Source: a virus
Direction: 5' to 3' (one strand)
IMG/VR virus record: IMGVR_UViG_3300020474_000007
Coordinates: 10,498-74,497 of that record
DNA length: 64,000 bases
The position numbers and the translations under genes are program-made. The first letter of the stretch is position 1. The number at the start of each line of letters is the position of its first letter. This document shows, piece by piece, positions 9,401 to 21,600 of the stretch. Below the pieces are notes generated by a model that saw nothing but the letters and a program-made list of their open reading frames with translations, was not told the DNA's origin and searched no databases.

Positions 9401-12400
9401 CTTCTGGTGCTAGATCTGGCGTTTCTATGGGCGTTGGATTGGCTGCTGGCGCTGGCGTAGGACTTCTAACTGCTACCGCTGGTCTTCCAGTTGCTTTGAC
9501 TGCCGCAGCTCTTGCTGCTGGAGCGTTTGCTCTGGGTACAGAACTCAGTCTTTCTAGCATGACAGATGGATTCCAAGATTTCCTTTCTATGTTTGGCGCT
9601 TCTACTTCTGCGCAAATCAAGGCGCAAACAGCCCTGACTATTTCTAGTAATGATTTTGAAACAGCGTTGAAGAAATTAGGCACAGCTGCCAATACTGCTG
9701 CGGAAGCCATGAAACAAGGCAATGCTAACCTTGCAGGCAGTTTGGACATCCTAGCGGATACAATCCAAAAAGAAAGACAAGCTCTTATAACAGATACCAA
9801 TAATAAATTTAAAGTAGATCAAGATGAAAATGTAGGTAGCCTCCGTGGAAAAGTCTTAACTAATATGAGTAGCAATCTTGCTACCCAGCAAAAGCTTCGT
9901 AGTGGAGACCTTAAATCACAAAACATAACAAGAATGCCAGTAATGGGAGCAGATGTTTTTGAGGTTAATACAAAGGGTCTTATTAAAGAAATCACCGTTC
10001 TTTCTCAAACAATTGAACAGTTGAGGACTACGGGGGGAAGTCAGGAAGAAATAAATAAAAATGTTAGAAGAAGAGATTTGCTAGGCTCTGTAAATGTTCA
10101 GGGTGACTCTTTTTTCAGAAACTCAAAAACTGCTTCAGGCGTTCTTGGTAAGAATGAATCAATTTCACAAGAAGCAACAAAAGCTAGACAAGAAGCAAAC
10201 AAACGAATATTTGATCAATCTGCTCCAGTTCTCAATATAGAACGTAGACGTTTCTTAAGACAGCAGGCTGGCAATCAAGGCAGCACTGAGAATGTTAGTT
10301 TTGAAGATTTCCGCAAGAGTCTTAGCACAGCTGGTGAAAGCGGTAAACTTTTTGCAGAAATTTTGGGAGATCTTTCTGAAGCAGACTTAAAGGAAACAAG
10401 GCAGGCATTTGATAATGTTGCAAAAGAAGTTGATCGTGCCAGAAAAGCTTTCTTGGCTATCAACGTTGATCTGAGGTCTGTCACTTCATCTGCCACTGCT
10501 ACTACGGCTGGATTGAATTCTCTCATAACTGGGTTTACCACTGGTGCATCTCAACTTCAATCTGATTTTGCCACCATAACAGCTGCTATGGGTTCAGCTG
10601 GTGAAAATATGAGACCAGAAGATGTAGAAAAAGCTTTAGGTGGAGTCACACGTAAGCTTGCAGAGTTTGGAGCAGATGATGCAACTGTTAATAAAGTTAG
10701 CACAAATGTAAAAGCTTTTGCAAAAGTTCAACAACAATTCCCAGCTTTAGTTAAAGACGTAAAATCGCAACTTTCAGATGTATCAGGAAATCTTACTACT
10801 GGAAATCCACAAGATGTTAAAGACGCATTTAAAAAGGCTATTGAAAACAGTTTAGATGATAGTGTTGGAGAAGAAGCTCGTAAAAGAATTATCAATGCTT
10901 TTGATGCTGTTGAATTAAAACCAGACCAACAAGGTCGTTTATCACAACAACAATTTGATGTGTTCGGAGAAATAATACAAGGAATAAGCCAAGACCAATT
11001 GAAACAATTTGAGTCTTCTGTAGCTGCTGTTGTTGAAGCAGAAAATAAGATGTTGGTGATACTTAATAAAAAGATTGCTACAGAAAATGATCTGATAAAA
11101 GCTCAGCAGTCAGCTATAGACATTTTCAAGGAAGCTAGACAAATAGAAGCTGAGTTTGGTGGTAAAAGATTTACGCCAGCAGACAGAAAAGCATCACTCT
11201 CTTCTCGGGCTAATGTTTTAGGCAGAGGCGCTGGGCTAACTGATATTGATTCTAATTTATCTGTGGATTCTCTTAGGCAAAGAAACGCAGAGATTAAAAA
11301 CAGATTCCAAGGTAATCGCTCTGCTTTAGATGCTGGTGGAGCTGATGCTTCTACTAAGGCTGACATTCAAGAATCACAGAATAGACTTAAAGCAGCTCAG
11401 AAAGAACAAATTCAAACTATTAGAGAGTTGGTTTCAATTCAAAGAGACGAATTGAAAATTATACAAGAAAAAAATCGTTTGGAAAAAGATTCCATTGACT
11501 CTCTCCTTGGTGGTAATATAGAGAAGTTCTTTGATCAGCAAGCAGCTCAGGGTGCTATATCGGCAGCTTCTGGTGGTGATCAAAGGTTGATGGATGCTTT
11601 TGGTCCTCAAGCGATGAACGATGCTAGAGTTGAACTAGCAAGAATGAGAGATGCTGGTGTTCAAGATGTTAATGGCGTTAATCTGGATGGTAGAGGAGGA
11701 TTGCTAGAAACTGTTAGTATTGATGCAGCAAGGCAAAGAGGTCTTGGTTCCGCAGCATTGCAAGCTGGTAGGCTGGCGGCTGGAACAGACGACAAGAGTT
11801 TGGCAGCTAAACAAAATTTAAGAAATAGCGCTGGTCTTCTCGCAGAGACGGGAGATCTTGGAGCTGATATGGCTCAAATGGAAGTTGACTCTGTGAATGA
11901 AATGATGGTCAAAGCTCAGACAGTAGTTCTTGAAGCCAAAACTATTGGCGATACTAATCAAAGAATAAGAGATAATAGAGATGCAGACAGAGTGGTTCCT
12001 GTTGAGATAAAGAAAGAAAACGTTGGCAACACTCAGATTTCTAGAAAAGCAGCTGGTGATATGCACATGTTAAGGCGAGGAGGCGTTGTTTATGCCAACC
12101 AAGGAATGTTTGTTCCTAGAGGAACTGATACGGTTCCTGCAATGCTTACACCCGGAGAGTTTGTAGTAAGAAGAGAAGCTGTTCAAAGAGGTAATAATCT
12201 TGCTATATTAAAATCTATGAATAGTGTGCCACAACAAGCGGCTCCAGCTCCAGCTGCTGGTTATGCTAACGGTGGTGTCGTCTACAGGAGTCAAGGCTCT
12301 AATGGTCCAGAGGGCGGGATGGGAATTAGCATGGAAGCTATCAATAAACTATCTGAATCATTTAGAACATTCAATGAAGCTTTTGGTAAGAATATTAAAC

Positions 12401-12597
12401 AACTCGCTGACACCAAATTTAGTGTCTCACTTGATAATAATAATATAAATGTAAATCTAAATGGTGGCTCATTCTTGCAGTCGCTATCAGAGTCGCTCAA
12501 GAAGTCGTTGCTACAAGAAGTTGGCAACCAATTGGCTGGATTCAAACCGTCATCAACCGGACTAAAGGAAGGCAGATCAGTTCTGCCGGTCGCGTAA
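6460..12597 (+). CDS. tail tape measure protein
   Basis: 2045 aa, Ala/Gly/Ser/Leu-rich and helical. TP901-type N-terminal core (AISFERELIKISQVTG...), hydrophobic segments and three DTVPAMLTPGEFV motifs. Confidence 0.9.
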   Translation: MAKFVLTAQLQLQAPRNVNQVVNQIQNQLRGVAVDIDVRNAAKTQREIQNLSRTTDKAADSAKRMGSAFNVSLKRFAGLALATRAVSLFTNTLGGAVKEAISFERELIKISQVTGKSISQLRDLTKTITSLSTSLGSSSSALLNVSRSLSQAGFSAKETEIALSTLARTTLAPTFDDITKTAEGAIAVFNQFGRGAEALEQQLGAINAVAGKFAVEAGDLISTVRRTGGVFKSAGGDLNELIALFTSVRSTTRESAESIATGLRTIFTRIQRPKTIDFMKQFGVQLTDLEGKFVGPFEATMRLSKALAGLEQGDITFVRIAEELGGFRQIGKVIPLIQQARVAQEALNVAQRGGDSLAADAAKAQQTLAVRIVQTQEKFIALVRSISETTAFQLMANSVLALADGLVKVGEAIKPVLPLIAALGASRGIAALGGFGGKASKMVGMNKGGSVPGTGNRDTVPAMLTPGEFVIRKESVKSLGAENLHKMNKYASGGIVTADRHGYGKFGANSPAMKAAKRATEQSDGVTAWRNKSQNERQAEAARIDAAGRKKGSERVDPKKIKSATLSGEFGVSFLRGNAGSKGLNATIGQVLKESNKTGADRLKSSLLKRAGSKSLKDINYNNARITATGAVPTYLQGDGGKIFRDEIEAAVPQMFSKATESFTGELRPSAALPLNKLVSKSAIGSIEGQFFEAFIRSVTNNTIKDPKKDEIFDFAALAASKSDLERLFGDNPFVLPNEFKNDANSAANRASAIGKAMSLPGTQLRFYNKGGNVKDTVPAMLTPGEFVVNKASAQKIGYNNLKQMNKVKGYNAGGVVTGNRHNYGVESAGNPLTDLLYGKGKTDAGGDKKLADGAAKASKGMAKLAGAAFATTAALSAIIPAAKENENVYITGARSLNQSLMTIIGGASTAGFALQSFGKDIDVGALLKNKFVGPLAAAGTAAFIVSKTFHSLENSSARLKKSIEDGNKAQAVALSTQASTSGARSGVSMGVGLAAGAGVGLLTATAGLPVALTAAALAAGAFALGTELSLSSMTDGFQDFLSMFGASTSAQIKAQTALTISSNDFETALKKLGTAANTAAEAMKQGNANLAGSLDILADTIQKERQALITDTNNKFKVDQDENVGSLRGKVLTNMSSNLATQQKLRSGDLKSQNITRMPVMGADVFEVNTKGLIKEITVLSQTIEQLRTTGGSQEEINKNVRRRDLLGSVNVQGDSFFRNSKTASGVLGKNESISQEATKARQEANKRIFDQSAPVLNIERRRFLRQQAGNQGSTENVSFEDFRKSLSTAGESGKLFAEILGDLSEADLKETRQAFDNVAKEVDRARKAFLAINVDLRSVTSSATATTAGLNSLITGFTTGASQLQSDFATITAAMGSAGENMRPEDVEKALGGVTRKLAEFGADDATVNKVSTNVKAFAKVQQQFPALVKDVKSQLSDVSGNLTTGNPQDVKDAFKKAIENSLDDSVGEEARKRIINAFDAVELKPDQQGRLSQQQFDVFGEIIQGISQDQLKQFESSVAAVVEAENKMLVILNKKIATENDLIKAQQSAIDIFKEARQIEAEFGGKRFTPADRKASLSSRANVLGRGAGLTDIDSNLSVDSLRQRNAEIKNRFQGNRSALDAGGADASTKADIQESQNRLKAAQKEQIQTIRELVSIQRDELKIIQEKNRLEKDSIDSLLGGNIEKFFDQQAAQGAISAASGGDQRLMDAFGPQAMNDARVELARMRDAGVQDVNGVNLDGRGGLLETVSIDAARQRGLGSAALQAGRLAAGTDDKSLAAKQNLRNSAGLLAETGDLGADMAQMEVDSVNEMMVKAQTVVLEAKTIGDTNQRIRDNRDADRVVPVEIKKENVGNTQISRKAAGDMHMLRRGGVVYANQGMFVPRGTDTVPAMLTPGEFVVRREAVQRGNNLAILKSMNSVPQQAAPAPAAGYANGGVVYRSQGSNGPEGGMGISMEAINKLSESFRTFNEAFGKNIKQLADTKFSVSLDNNNINVNLNGGSFLQSLSESLKKSLLQEVGNQLAGFKPSSTGLKEGRSVLPVA
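7831..12165 (+). repeat. three dispersed copies of the peptide repeat DTVPAMLTPGEFV in the tape measure protein (7831, 8785, 12127)
   Basis: The identical 13-aa motif is encoded with different synonymous codons. Each copy is followed by MN...Y(A/N)xGG(I/V)V. Confidence 0.9.
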
Positions 12598-12611
12598 AAT
12601 AGGATTCATAA

Positions 12612-15600
12612 ATGGCTACATTTAATATAACAGTATTAAGTACTAGTAGTACCTCTAATGGTTATCGCTTCTCTGGAGTTGATAGAAACGGGGCTATAAG
12701 TGGTACTAATAATGAAACCATAAATGTAAATGCCAATGATGCTATTAATTTTACTTTCTACAATAGCAGTTCTCATCCCTTCTCTTTGGCTGGTACAAGT
12801 ATTTCTGGAAAGTCTGCTACTGGTGGATACTATAGCTATCCATCTTATGCTTCGCATACTTTTACGACGGGTGGCACTTATATCTACGATTGTGATGTTC
12901 ATGGGTCTTCCATGCAGGGAAACATAGTAGTAGCTGCTGGGACTACGACTACAACTACAACAACAACTAGCACCACGACAACAACCACCACCACGGCAGC
13001 GCCAACTACTACTACTACTACTACTACAACTACCACAGCAGCACCAACCACTACCACCACGACGACGACAGCAGCACCAACCACTACCACCACTACGACG
13101 GCAGCACCAACCACTACCACTACAACCGCTGCCCCAACGACCACAAGCACAACCACGACCGCTGCGCCAACCACGACCGCTGCGCCAACCACGACCGCTG
13201 CGCCAACCACCACAGCAGCGCCTTTCGATGACGGTACTTACAATATTACAAGTACTTTTCCTGATATGAATATGCTTCCGAGTCCATCGGTTCCGGCATC
13301 GGCTACATACGCAACAACTACGACGACAGCAGCTCCATCCGATCAATGCACACTATGTACTAAAGAGCATACTTTAGAATTGTCTGGTGACAGCGCATTA
13401 AAAGCTTCTGTTTTTGGAATGAGAACTCTGCGTTTAAAGATAAAAGGAACGAGTGCCATAAAAATAAATCCACAAGTAAGTGTTATTCGTAACACTCCCG
13501 TGGTGTTAAAATCTAATGGCAAAATAAGAGCTTCCGCTAATTCTATAATGAATCCTAGAAAGTTCATCAAAGTAAACAATGGTAACATTAAAGCCAATTT
13601 AGAATTTGCAGGCCCGCTGTCTGTGCGCACTAAGATTAAATTAGGAAGTATTTTCTCTAATACTCATGTTGATAAAGTGGTGGGACACTTCGCAACTCTT
13701 GGCAGCTTCTTACCTCAACAAAAGTTGTACCCGTCTGGTGACATTTCTTCTTCTTCTATGATTAACCAAGATGGAAGCACTGCTAACCTATACCAAAGTA
13801 TTGATGAAGGTGTGGCGATTGGTCAGTACATTAAACCTGACAGTCAAAGCTCTTTAGTCTCTGACGACTCTGGCACATTCATTCATCCATCTGCTATAAG
13901 ATCTGATGGAAGTTTTAGTTATAAATGCGCTGTCAGTCCAGCTATTATCAATACAGACCACAGCTTCTTGTTCATGCGGGCAGCTGCTCCACTTAGAAAC
14001 TATGGCTCTGACAATGCTCCTCAATATACTTTACAAAACATTAAATTAGAAGATCCATCTGGCAACCTTATAGTCCATTATAAAGATGTGGTTGTTAGGG
14101 GCGATGCTGACTATGACTCAGACGGGCCTTTAAGTAAAAACTATTTTACAATTATATCTGAACCTGCAATTAATTATGGTGGATTGGGAGCTTGGGAGAA
14201 AAATTATCCCTTCTTTGGCGCTCATCATGTTCGTGGATCTAACTCTTTTAGTCTTAGCCTAGATATAACCGCTAAGTGCTTAGATGATCCTTTTAGTCAA
14301 GGCTTTGACATTGGCTACGAAGAGAATGTTTGTGACATTCCTGAACTATCTGTGATTAATGATGAAGATGATTTTCAATCTATAGCAGGCTCTCCAATAT
14401 CTACTCAGGGTCAAGACATTTTTCTAAACCCCACAGACAGCTTTAGAATATCAGCTATTGAAATATGTAATAGTGGTGGTCCAAGATCAGATCTCGCCCT
14501 TGCTCCAGCTCATGATAACTATGTTACAGCTTTTGTGCAAGCCCAAGCCAAGGGTAAGTTAATCACAAAGCATATCTTTCCTTCTCAAGTTTTGACTCAT
14601 AATTTTGATACTAGCATTTGGCCCGATGTCAACTCTACGTGGTATCACTCTGGAGAGGCCGGTGTCTTAACTAATAATAATGTTCTTGTTTCTAGTGGAA
14701 AACTTTTGGCTGAACAAATTTCTGATAGGCAAGCTTCTACTCACATTAAATTAATTAATTCTTCTATTCAAGACTCTGGCAAATTGCTGCTTAAATTTGA
14801 GGATACAAAACAACTATTCACCACATTTACTAGTGATAACGACGTTGCTGGCGGTGACTTTAATGCTAACTTCAATATTAGACAAAGAAAAACTTTGCCT
14901 CTTCAAGATACTTTTTATGCTGACATTGAAAGTATAAATATTAAAGTTGTAGCGAGAAAAAGAACAAATTCGTCACCAGACTACGCCCTCGACGTTGTGG
15001 GATACAGTGACGATAAACTTCTTTTCGTAACTGAGCCATCTGGTGGATTTTTACAGAACATAGCTGGTGGAACTATTATCAACCAAAACGTCATGTCTTC
15101 TTCAATTGTTCCTCCGCAAGAACTGGCAATTGCTAAACATGCAATATCCGATAAGGATAATTCTACTGTATATAGCAATTCTATAGCAAACAGTGGTGGA
15201 GATCATCATGTTCTTACACAATCTCCACTCATTAACTCTATAGATTTTAAACAATATACTATACCTTTAAAAATTTACGATAAAGAGAATTTACTAGGCG
15301 CTCCAACCAAACATGACTCAAGCCCATATTTAGAGCATTTGTTCGTAGACATCTATCCCATACCTTCAGGGGCTGAAATTGCAGACATATTGCTCGAAGT
15401 AAAATACAGCCCGCAGAATGCGTTAAATCTTCGTACCATTGGAACACATAACAGTGACGATCCATTAGTGACAACCACAGTATCTCTGTCTCCAAACGGA
15501 AAAGTTACTAATATATCTAGTGCTAAATCTCTCCCTAGTGGTGAAAATATTCCTTACGCCTATGACCTTACGGCTTACGACAATAAACATGTTTATGATA

Positions 15601-18600
15601 ATTTTGCAAGACGGTGGAGGGGTGTCTCTGGCAAGGATGTTAACGAAGCTTTTGATGCATCATTTGATTTCTCGTTCGACAGAAGGGCAACCGCCCACCC
15701 ATTTAATTCTGGATATTTTGACTTTACAAAGTATAGATCTGATTGTGTTTTAGATTCAGAAGGCAGATCTTTCTCAGGTGTTTTCACGGGAGTCACCACA
15801 AGCGATATCTACAAACAGTTAGGCTGGAGATTCTCTAATGATTTAATTTATACTGGACTGTTAGATCCTGACGGTAACGCCATTGACAGAAGAACAATTA
15901 ATTGGTCTTGGAGTAATAGCACTTTCCCCAATCTTACAGACGCATTTGATAGTGCGGCTAGACTTAATGACTCTTCTAAATATATCAGTTTTGATTCAAC
16001 TTCTAGCAATGAGTTTTCTTTCTTGGTTAGATTCAGTCCAGACTACATAAGTAGTTCTGATGTTGCTAGCAATTTAGATATGTTTCATCATGGTTTAATA
16101 GCAGCCAAATATGCTGTTAATGATATTGGTGATAAAATTGTTGAGTTCGCATTGGCTTATGAGCAAGATAAGCTGTGCGCATTTTCTAGAGATACAACTG
16201 GAAATATAATTAGAATAGAAGACGACTTGCCTTATACAAGTTATGTATTCCCACTTACCGCTATGGTCACATATAACGCCTCCGATAATAAATTACGATT
16301 ATACGCAGATTCGGAAGCCAGCGGTACTTTTAACATTCTCAGAGCTGAGTCTTCCGCATTCACAAAAGTTAATACTGATCAAAAAGTTACCTTGGGTTAC
16401 TCAGCAGGGTCTGGTCTTGGATCAGAAGTGTTCATCACCGAATTTGGAATGTCTAGTAAATGTATAGATTTAGTTGGTAGTGGATATGTAGAACAAAGAA
16501 CTTCTCAGTCAGTTGGCTCTAGTGTAGATCATAAATTAACTGCTGGTGGAGTTACTGATATATTTGATTCAATAAGAAATCCTAATCACGTTTCTTCTAG
16601 AAACAAAATGTATTCTTACATTGACGATAAAATAAACAACGTCTGGAAGTTAAACGACTTTAGGCATTGTCAGTTCAATCAAAGTTTTAATAGACTTTCC
16701 TATCGTGGAGATAAAGACTTTGTAGAACACCATCTAGTCCATGATGGATTGCCCTACTCTTCAAGAACAAATTTGTCCCTGCCTTCTACATTACAGGCTA
16801 GTGGCTTGGCCTATCACACCCAGATAGAAAACGATTTCCTACGTTTTAATATCGGAAACGCCTCTAGTGTTCCTTCTTCTGGTAAATTTTACGCAGCTGC
16901 TCCCAGAATTACTAAATCTTTACCAAGAGGCTACCACTTTGCAGAAGAAGCAATTGCTGTAGACACTGTAATTGATTTTCATTCTGACAACACAATTGCT
17001 TGGGATGATGGCAAACTCGGTCCTAAATTAGTTGTTAGTCTTTACAGTCCATCCTTAATTCCTGACTACGATGGGGCAGACAAGTCTTTAGGTTTAGTCA
17101 ATCGTCGAATTCATTACTTAGAACCAAGCGGTTGTATTAGAAAAATTACTAGTGGCTTCAATAAAAATGATCTTTTTGATTCTTCAGAATCTTGGTCTGT
17201 ATTTAATACAGAATACGAACACGTTATTAAAGAGTTTGATCATCGACATTATGCAACCAATATAAATGATATGTTCTTGCAGTATGATGTCATATATCCT
17301 TCAGGTTCTTCGTTTGACTCAAAAGTTAAAATACACTCAGCTATGATCAGAATGGATCAAGCTTTAACTACTAAGCCAAAAGTCAACGATGATATGAATC
17401 TGTATACTAGTGGTGAATTTATATCTATAGTTGATTTGTCATTGTTCGTAGATGGTAAAAAATCTTTAGACAATTTGTTTGGCGCTCCATCTGGAATGTC
17501 TCTGTATGTGAGTGGCGTTGCTGTTTTTCCTTCTTCTGGAGATATGAATCTTTATTGCAGCGGAATTCCAACTGCAATAGACGAGGTAAACTTATACACA
17601 GCTGGTCATAGATCTGTCTCTAGCGATTTGGTTCATGGGTCTGATATGTTTGGAAGTCATAACGTGGGTGTTAATATCTATGTTAGCGGTCAAACAAGGT
17701 TGCTAGAAGAGATGAGTTTGTTCTCTTATAATAATCAAACTGTTCCTGCCGCTAGCGGATCTCTAAATCTTGTATTCCCAAGCCCAACATTAGTTGCATA
17801 CAATCAAAATACTTCAGTCAACCTCTTCGTGAAATCTCCAAAGTTTGCTGAAGTATCTAGAATTTTAAACGTCTCAATGCCTCTGTATTCATATGACAGA
17901 GACTTGTTTGATTTTAGCTCGTCAATGAATTTGGTTAATTACAATGAACCAATAATAAATTCTTCTAATGACTCTGTAAATTTATTCACAATTAATTACG
18001 CCGCTTATGATTCAAATCTTGTTGGTCAAGAGACTATATTGTGGAATGGTAGAAATGTAGGATCTACTGTTGTATCTTTAGACGAGCCTTACATTTCCGT
18101 AAGCCCAACGGATTCGCTTAGAACTCAATCAACCATATGCTATGGAGATTGTGGATATGGTGGCAATTGTAACTACGTAGACATTAATACTCATGGTGTA
18201 GATTGGTTTAAGTCTTACTGCACTGATGGCGGTATAGCTAGAGGGTTAGATATAGACTCAAATAATCAGTATTATGGTATCAGAAAATATACTGGTTTGA
18301 TTCCTCTGTATCCTTATACTATCTCCATGAGAGGTTTTTCAGGCAGCACAGAATATATAAATCTTCCAAAAGAAATAGAAACGGTTGAATATGGAAGTAA
18401 TAGTGAAGTTAATTTCTCTGGCATTAAATTATTCACTAATGATCCTTATGGACTTCACGCTAAATACGGTAAGAGTATTGTTGTTAAAGGTAATAGACTT
18501 TTAATTGGAGCGCCAGAATATGATCTCTATGAAGGATCTAAAAAATTAGATAAGTCTGGGGCTGTGTTTTTATATAAAAGGCTCGCAGCTCCTTCTGGAA

Positions 18601-21600
18601 CTGATTGGTCTAGCCAACCAGATAAAGGTGGTTGGCAGTTGGATAATATCCTAACCCTGCCTTCTGGATTCCAGAGAGATTATTACAAAGTAACAATGAA
18701 AGACGTTGATCCTACAAGCAACTCTTTTGTTGCTCCTCTTAGAAAGTGGGAGGTTGGACAGTATGGAAGCCAATTTGGACACTCTGTAGATATTGCTATA
18801 GACGAATCAGACCCAAGCAAAGATGTTATTGTTGTGGGCGCTCCAACTAGTAAATTTGATAGAGTGTTCACAGACCCAGATCCTACACCTGTAAGATCCT
18901 GTGTAATGGTATTTACTGATGAATTCACGGGTTTTGAATCGCGTGGAGGAGTTACCAACGTTGCAGGCTTAGTTCAACAAGTAAATGCAAGAAACCAATA
19001 TTACAATTTGTATGCTAGTCCTCAATTTAAATTAGAAGTTGATATATTAATCTTTGAGTGTACTAAAAATACAAATAGACCATTTAAAATTGATCAAGGC
19101 AGATTTAGAGAATCACTTAGTGTGGCTCATAGGTTCCAAATAAATAAGATAGTAAGAGGAGATGGAGTCCCTGAATATAATATAATAGCAGATCAAATTA
19201 GTCAAGCTTTCAGAGAAGTTTTTAATTATGATGTATCCAAAACAAATAATGGCTTGCCTGTTTCTTTGGGTTACTTTGTAGATAATAGTGCAAGTTTTGC
19301 GGAGACAGCCATACTCTCTGGCATCAAACCTTTCTTAAATTACTATGAGGAGTATACTTTTGCAAGTGGAGTTCAAACTTGGGATAATATTCCTGCTAGT
19401 GGCGCAATTATAAAAACTCCTTATACTGATCTTGTTGGCGAACAATGGGAAATGTTTGCGATGAGCGGATTAAACGATCTTTTAAGTGACTCAACAATTT
19501 CTACTAATCGTGAATTATTTACTTCTGGCTATGGAATACTTTATAATGAAGACAATATAAGATTCAATCAAATTCCTCCAAGTGGTGGTAGGGTTTATGT
19601 GTTTAAACAAGAAACAGCAAAATCTGGATTATTCTATAATCAAGATACTCCTATTTGGTCCGTGTCAGATATATTAAAGTTAGATGTTAATGATTTTGAA
19701 GATGAGGATGAAGATGTAATTAGTGACAAAAAATATGATAGTTTTGGTTACTCTGTTTCTATAAGTAATAATAAAGAAAATATTGCTGTAGGCTCTCCAT
19801 TTAATCGTAGCCGTGGCGTTACTGTGTTTGAACAAAAAGAAGGGTTTAGAGAAACTGAAACTCACAATCAAGTTGCACAATGGCTTGCCACCAAGGATGC
19901 TGAAGCAGTTCAGTTTGGAGACAACGCTTCTGTTTATAAAACTATGTATCAAAAATATCTAGAGTACGCCACTAGTTTTGGTTCTAATGGTGCTGGTGCA
20001 AAATTATTTGAGACATTAGATCCTAGTGGTAGATTTGATGCCAGAATACATGCTGATTCTTTTGTTGCTGGTAAAAAGACACACGAATATACCAAAGTGT
20101 TTGATTATCATAATACTTATAATTTCACGGGAAGTAAAACAGAAATTCCAACAGAATTTGCGGCCCATCCAAGAGTTGGTTTTTCTGTCTCTTTAAATGA
20201 AGATGCAACTATGTTAGCAGTGGGCTGTCCGACTGACAGCATGAATCAGTGGGACGATAGTAACGTTTGGTTTGATAGTAATAAAGAGTGCGATGAAGAA
20301 AGAAATTGGAGAGGTGAGGCTGGGCAAGATGGATATTTATCTACACCTCATGCTAGCGAAAATTATCTTAAAGGCTTTATACCAGCAACTTGGCCTTCTT
20401 ATGTAAATGCTGGAGCTGTACAAATATTTCAAACAAGAAAATATTATCCACACGATAAGTTTGTAGAGTATGGGATATATGGCAACAAACATGAATCTTT
20501 ACTAGAACCAGAAGCCGTAAAGTCTGGAATAAGATTGCCAGAATATAGCTATGTGTCAGGTATATATGACAATTTGAGTATACCATTTGTCAAGACTCCT
20601 TATCTTGAAAATACTGAAATTCCAGATGACGCAGGGGTTCTGATGATTGTTTGTCCCGAAGTTGATGCTTCTAGTCCAGCTGTTATACAAAATATTAAAG
20701 ATTTCCTTGCAAAAGGCGATAGGAACTTAGTGTTGGTTGGCAATGATCCAGAATTTGAAGCTGAAGGTGCTTATAGAGATTCCAACAGGATCATCAATAC
20801 CATTCTTGAAGAAGTCGGTTCTAGGGTCAGATTACATGCAGCTTCTACTGCAAGTAGAGCTTTAAATGATGACATACCACTCAACGCAGATACCAATGTT
20901 ATAGCGGCTAGTGTGCCAATTGGCAGTATAGATACTTATTTGGACGCTGGAAGTATGTTTGCTTCTGGCGTGGCAGACATTAGGTTACACGACCCAACTA
21001 TCAGCACTGTAAATCATCCGTGCGATGGCGCTCAGTGGGACGAGTACATTGCTGCTTTAAGACTCATATTGAACCCAAGCGAACAACATCTCGCGGATAA
21101 TCTGGCTAGACTAACATACGCAACTGCTAACATAGGGTGTAGCCCTTCAATTGCTCACAATGGGGACTTACGCGCACAGTGGTATGATTGGTGCAAAGAT
21201 TCCGCGAACAAAGATATTAGATTCCCTAAAAACATACCATCTGCTTACGGCAAAATACCCGGAATGACTGCTCCATTCTGTAATCCGGGTCTGGGATGTT
21301 ATGTAGATCCAGCTGATGACTGTGCGTGGAGAGCCACCAATGTTGATATGCCACCAAGACCAATTCTGGCAGCTGCTGAGACACCGCCTGCGTTCATCGT
21401 TACCAAGCCGGGAGTTCCAGCCTCAAGCGGACTTGTCCACAGTCACTATGTAGACATTTTGGTTGGTCAAGAAAGCACGACTTTGCTTGGTGCGCCGACT
21501 TTACCCGTTATGGATTGGTCTTCTGTGCTACCCTCGGCTGACGCTACAGTTACTCAATACAGTGGTAATTATACTGCGCTAGATTTAAATGTAGATAATT

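Noticed and set aside
12571-12587. Hairpin GGCAGA-TCAGT-TCTGCC near the end of the tape measure gene
   Set aside because: It is a short stem inside the CDS with no U-tract.
12636-13346. Antisense Cys/Gly/Arg-rich (236 aa) and poly-Val (104 aa) ORFs
   Set aside because: They are shadows of the Thr-rich repeat on the + strand.
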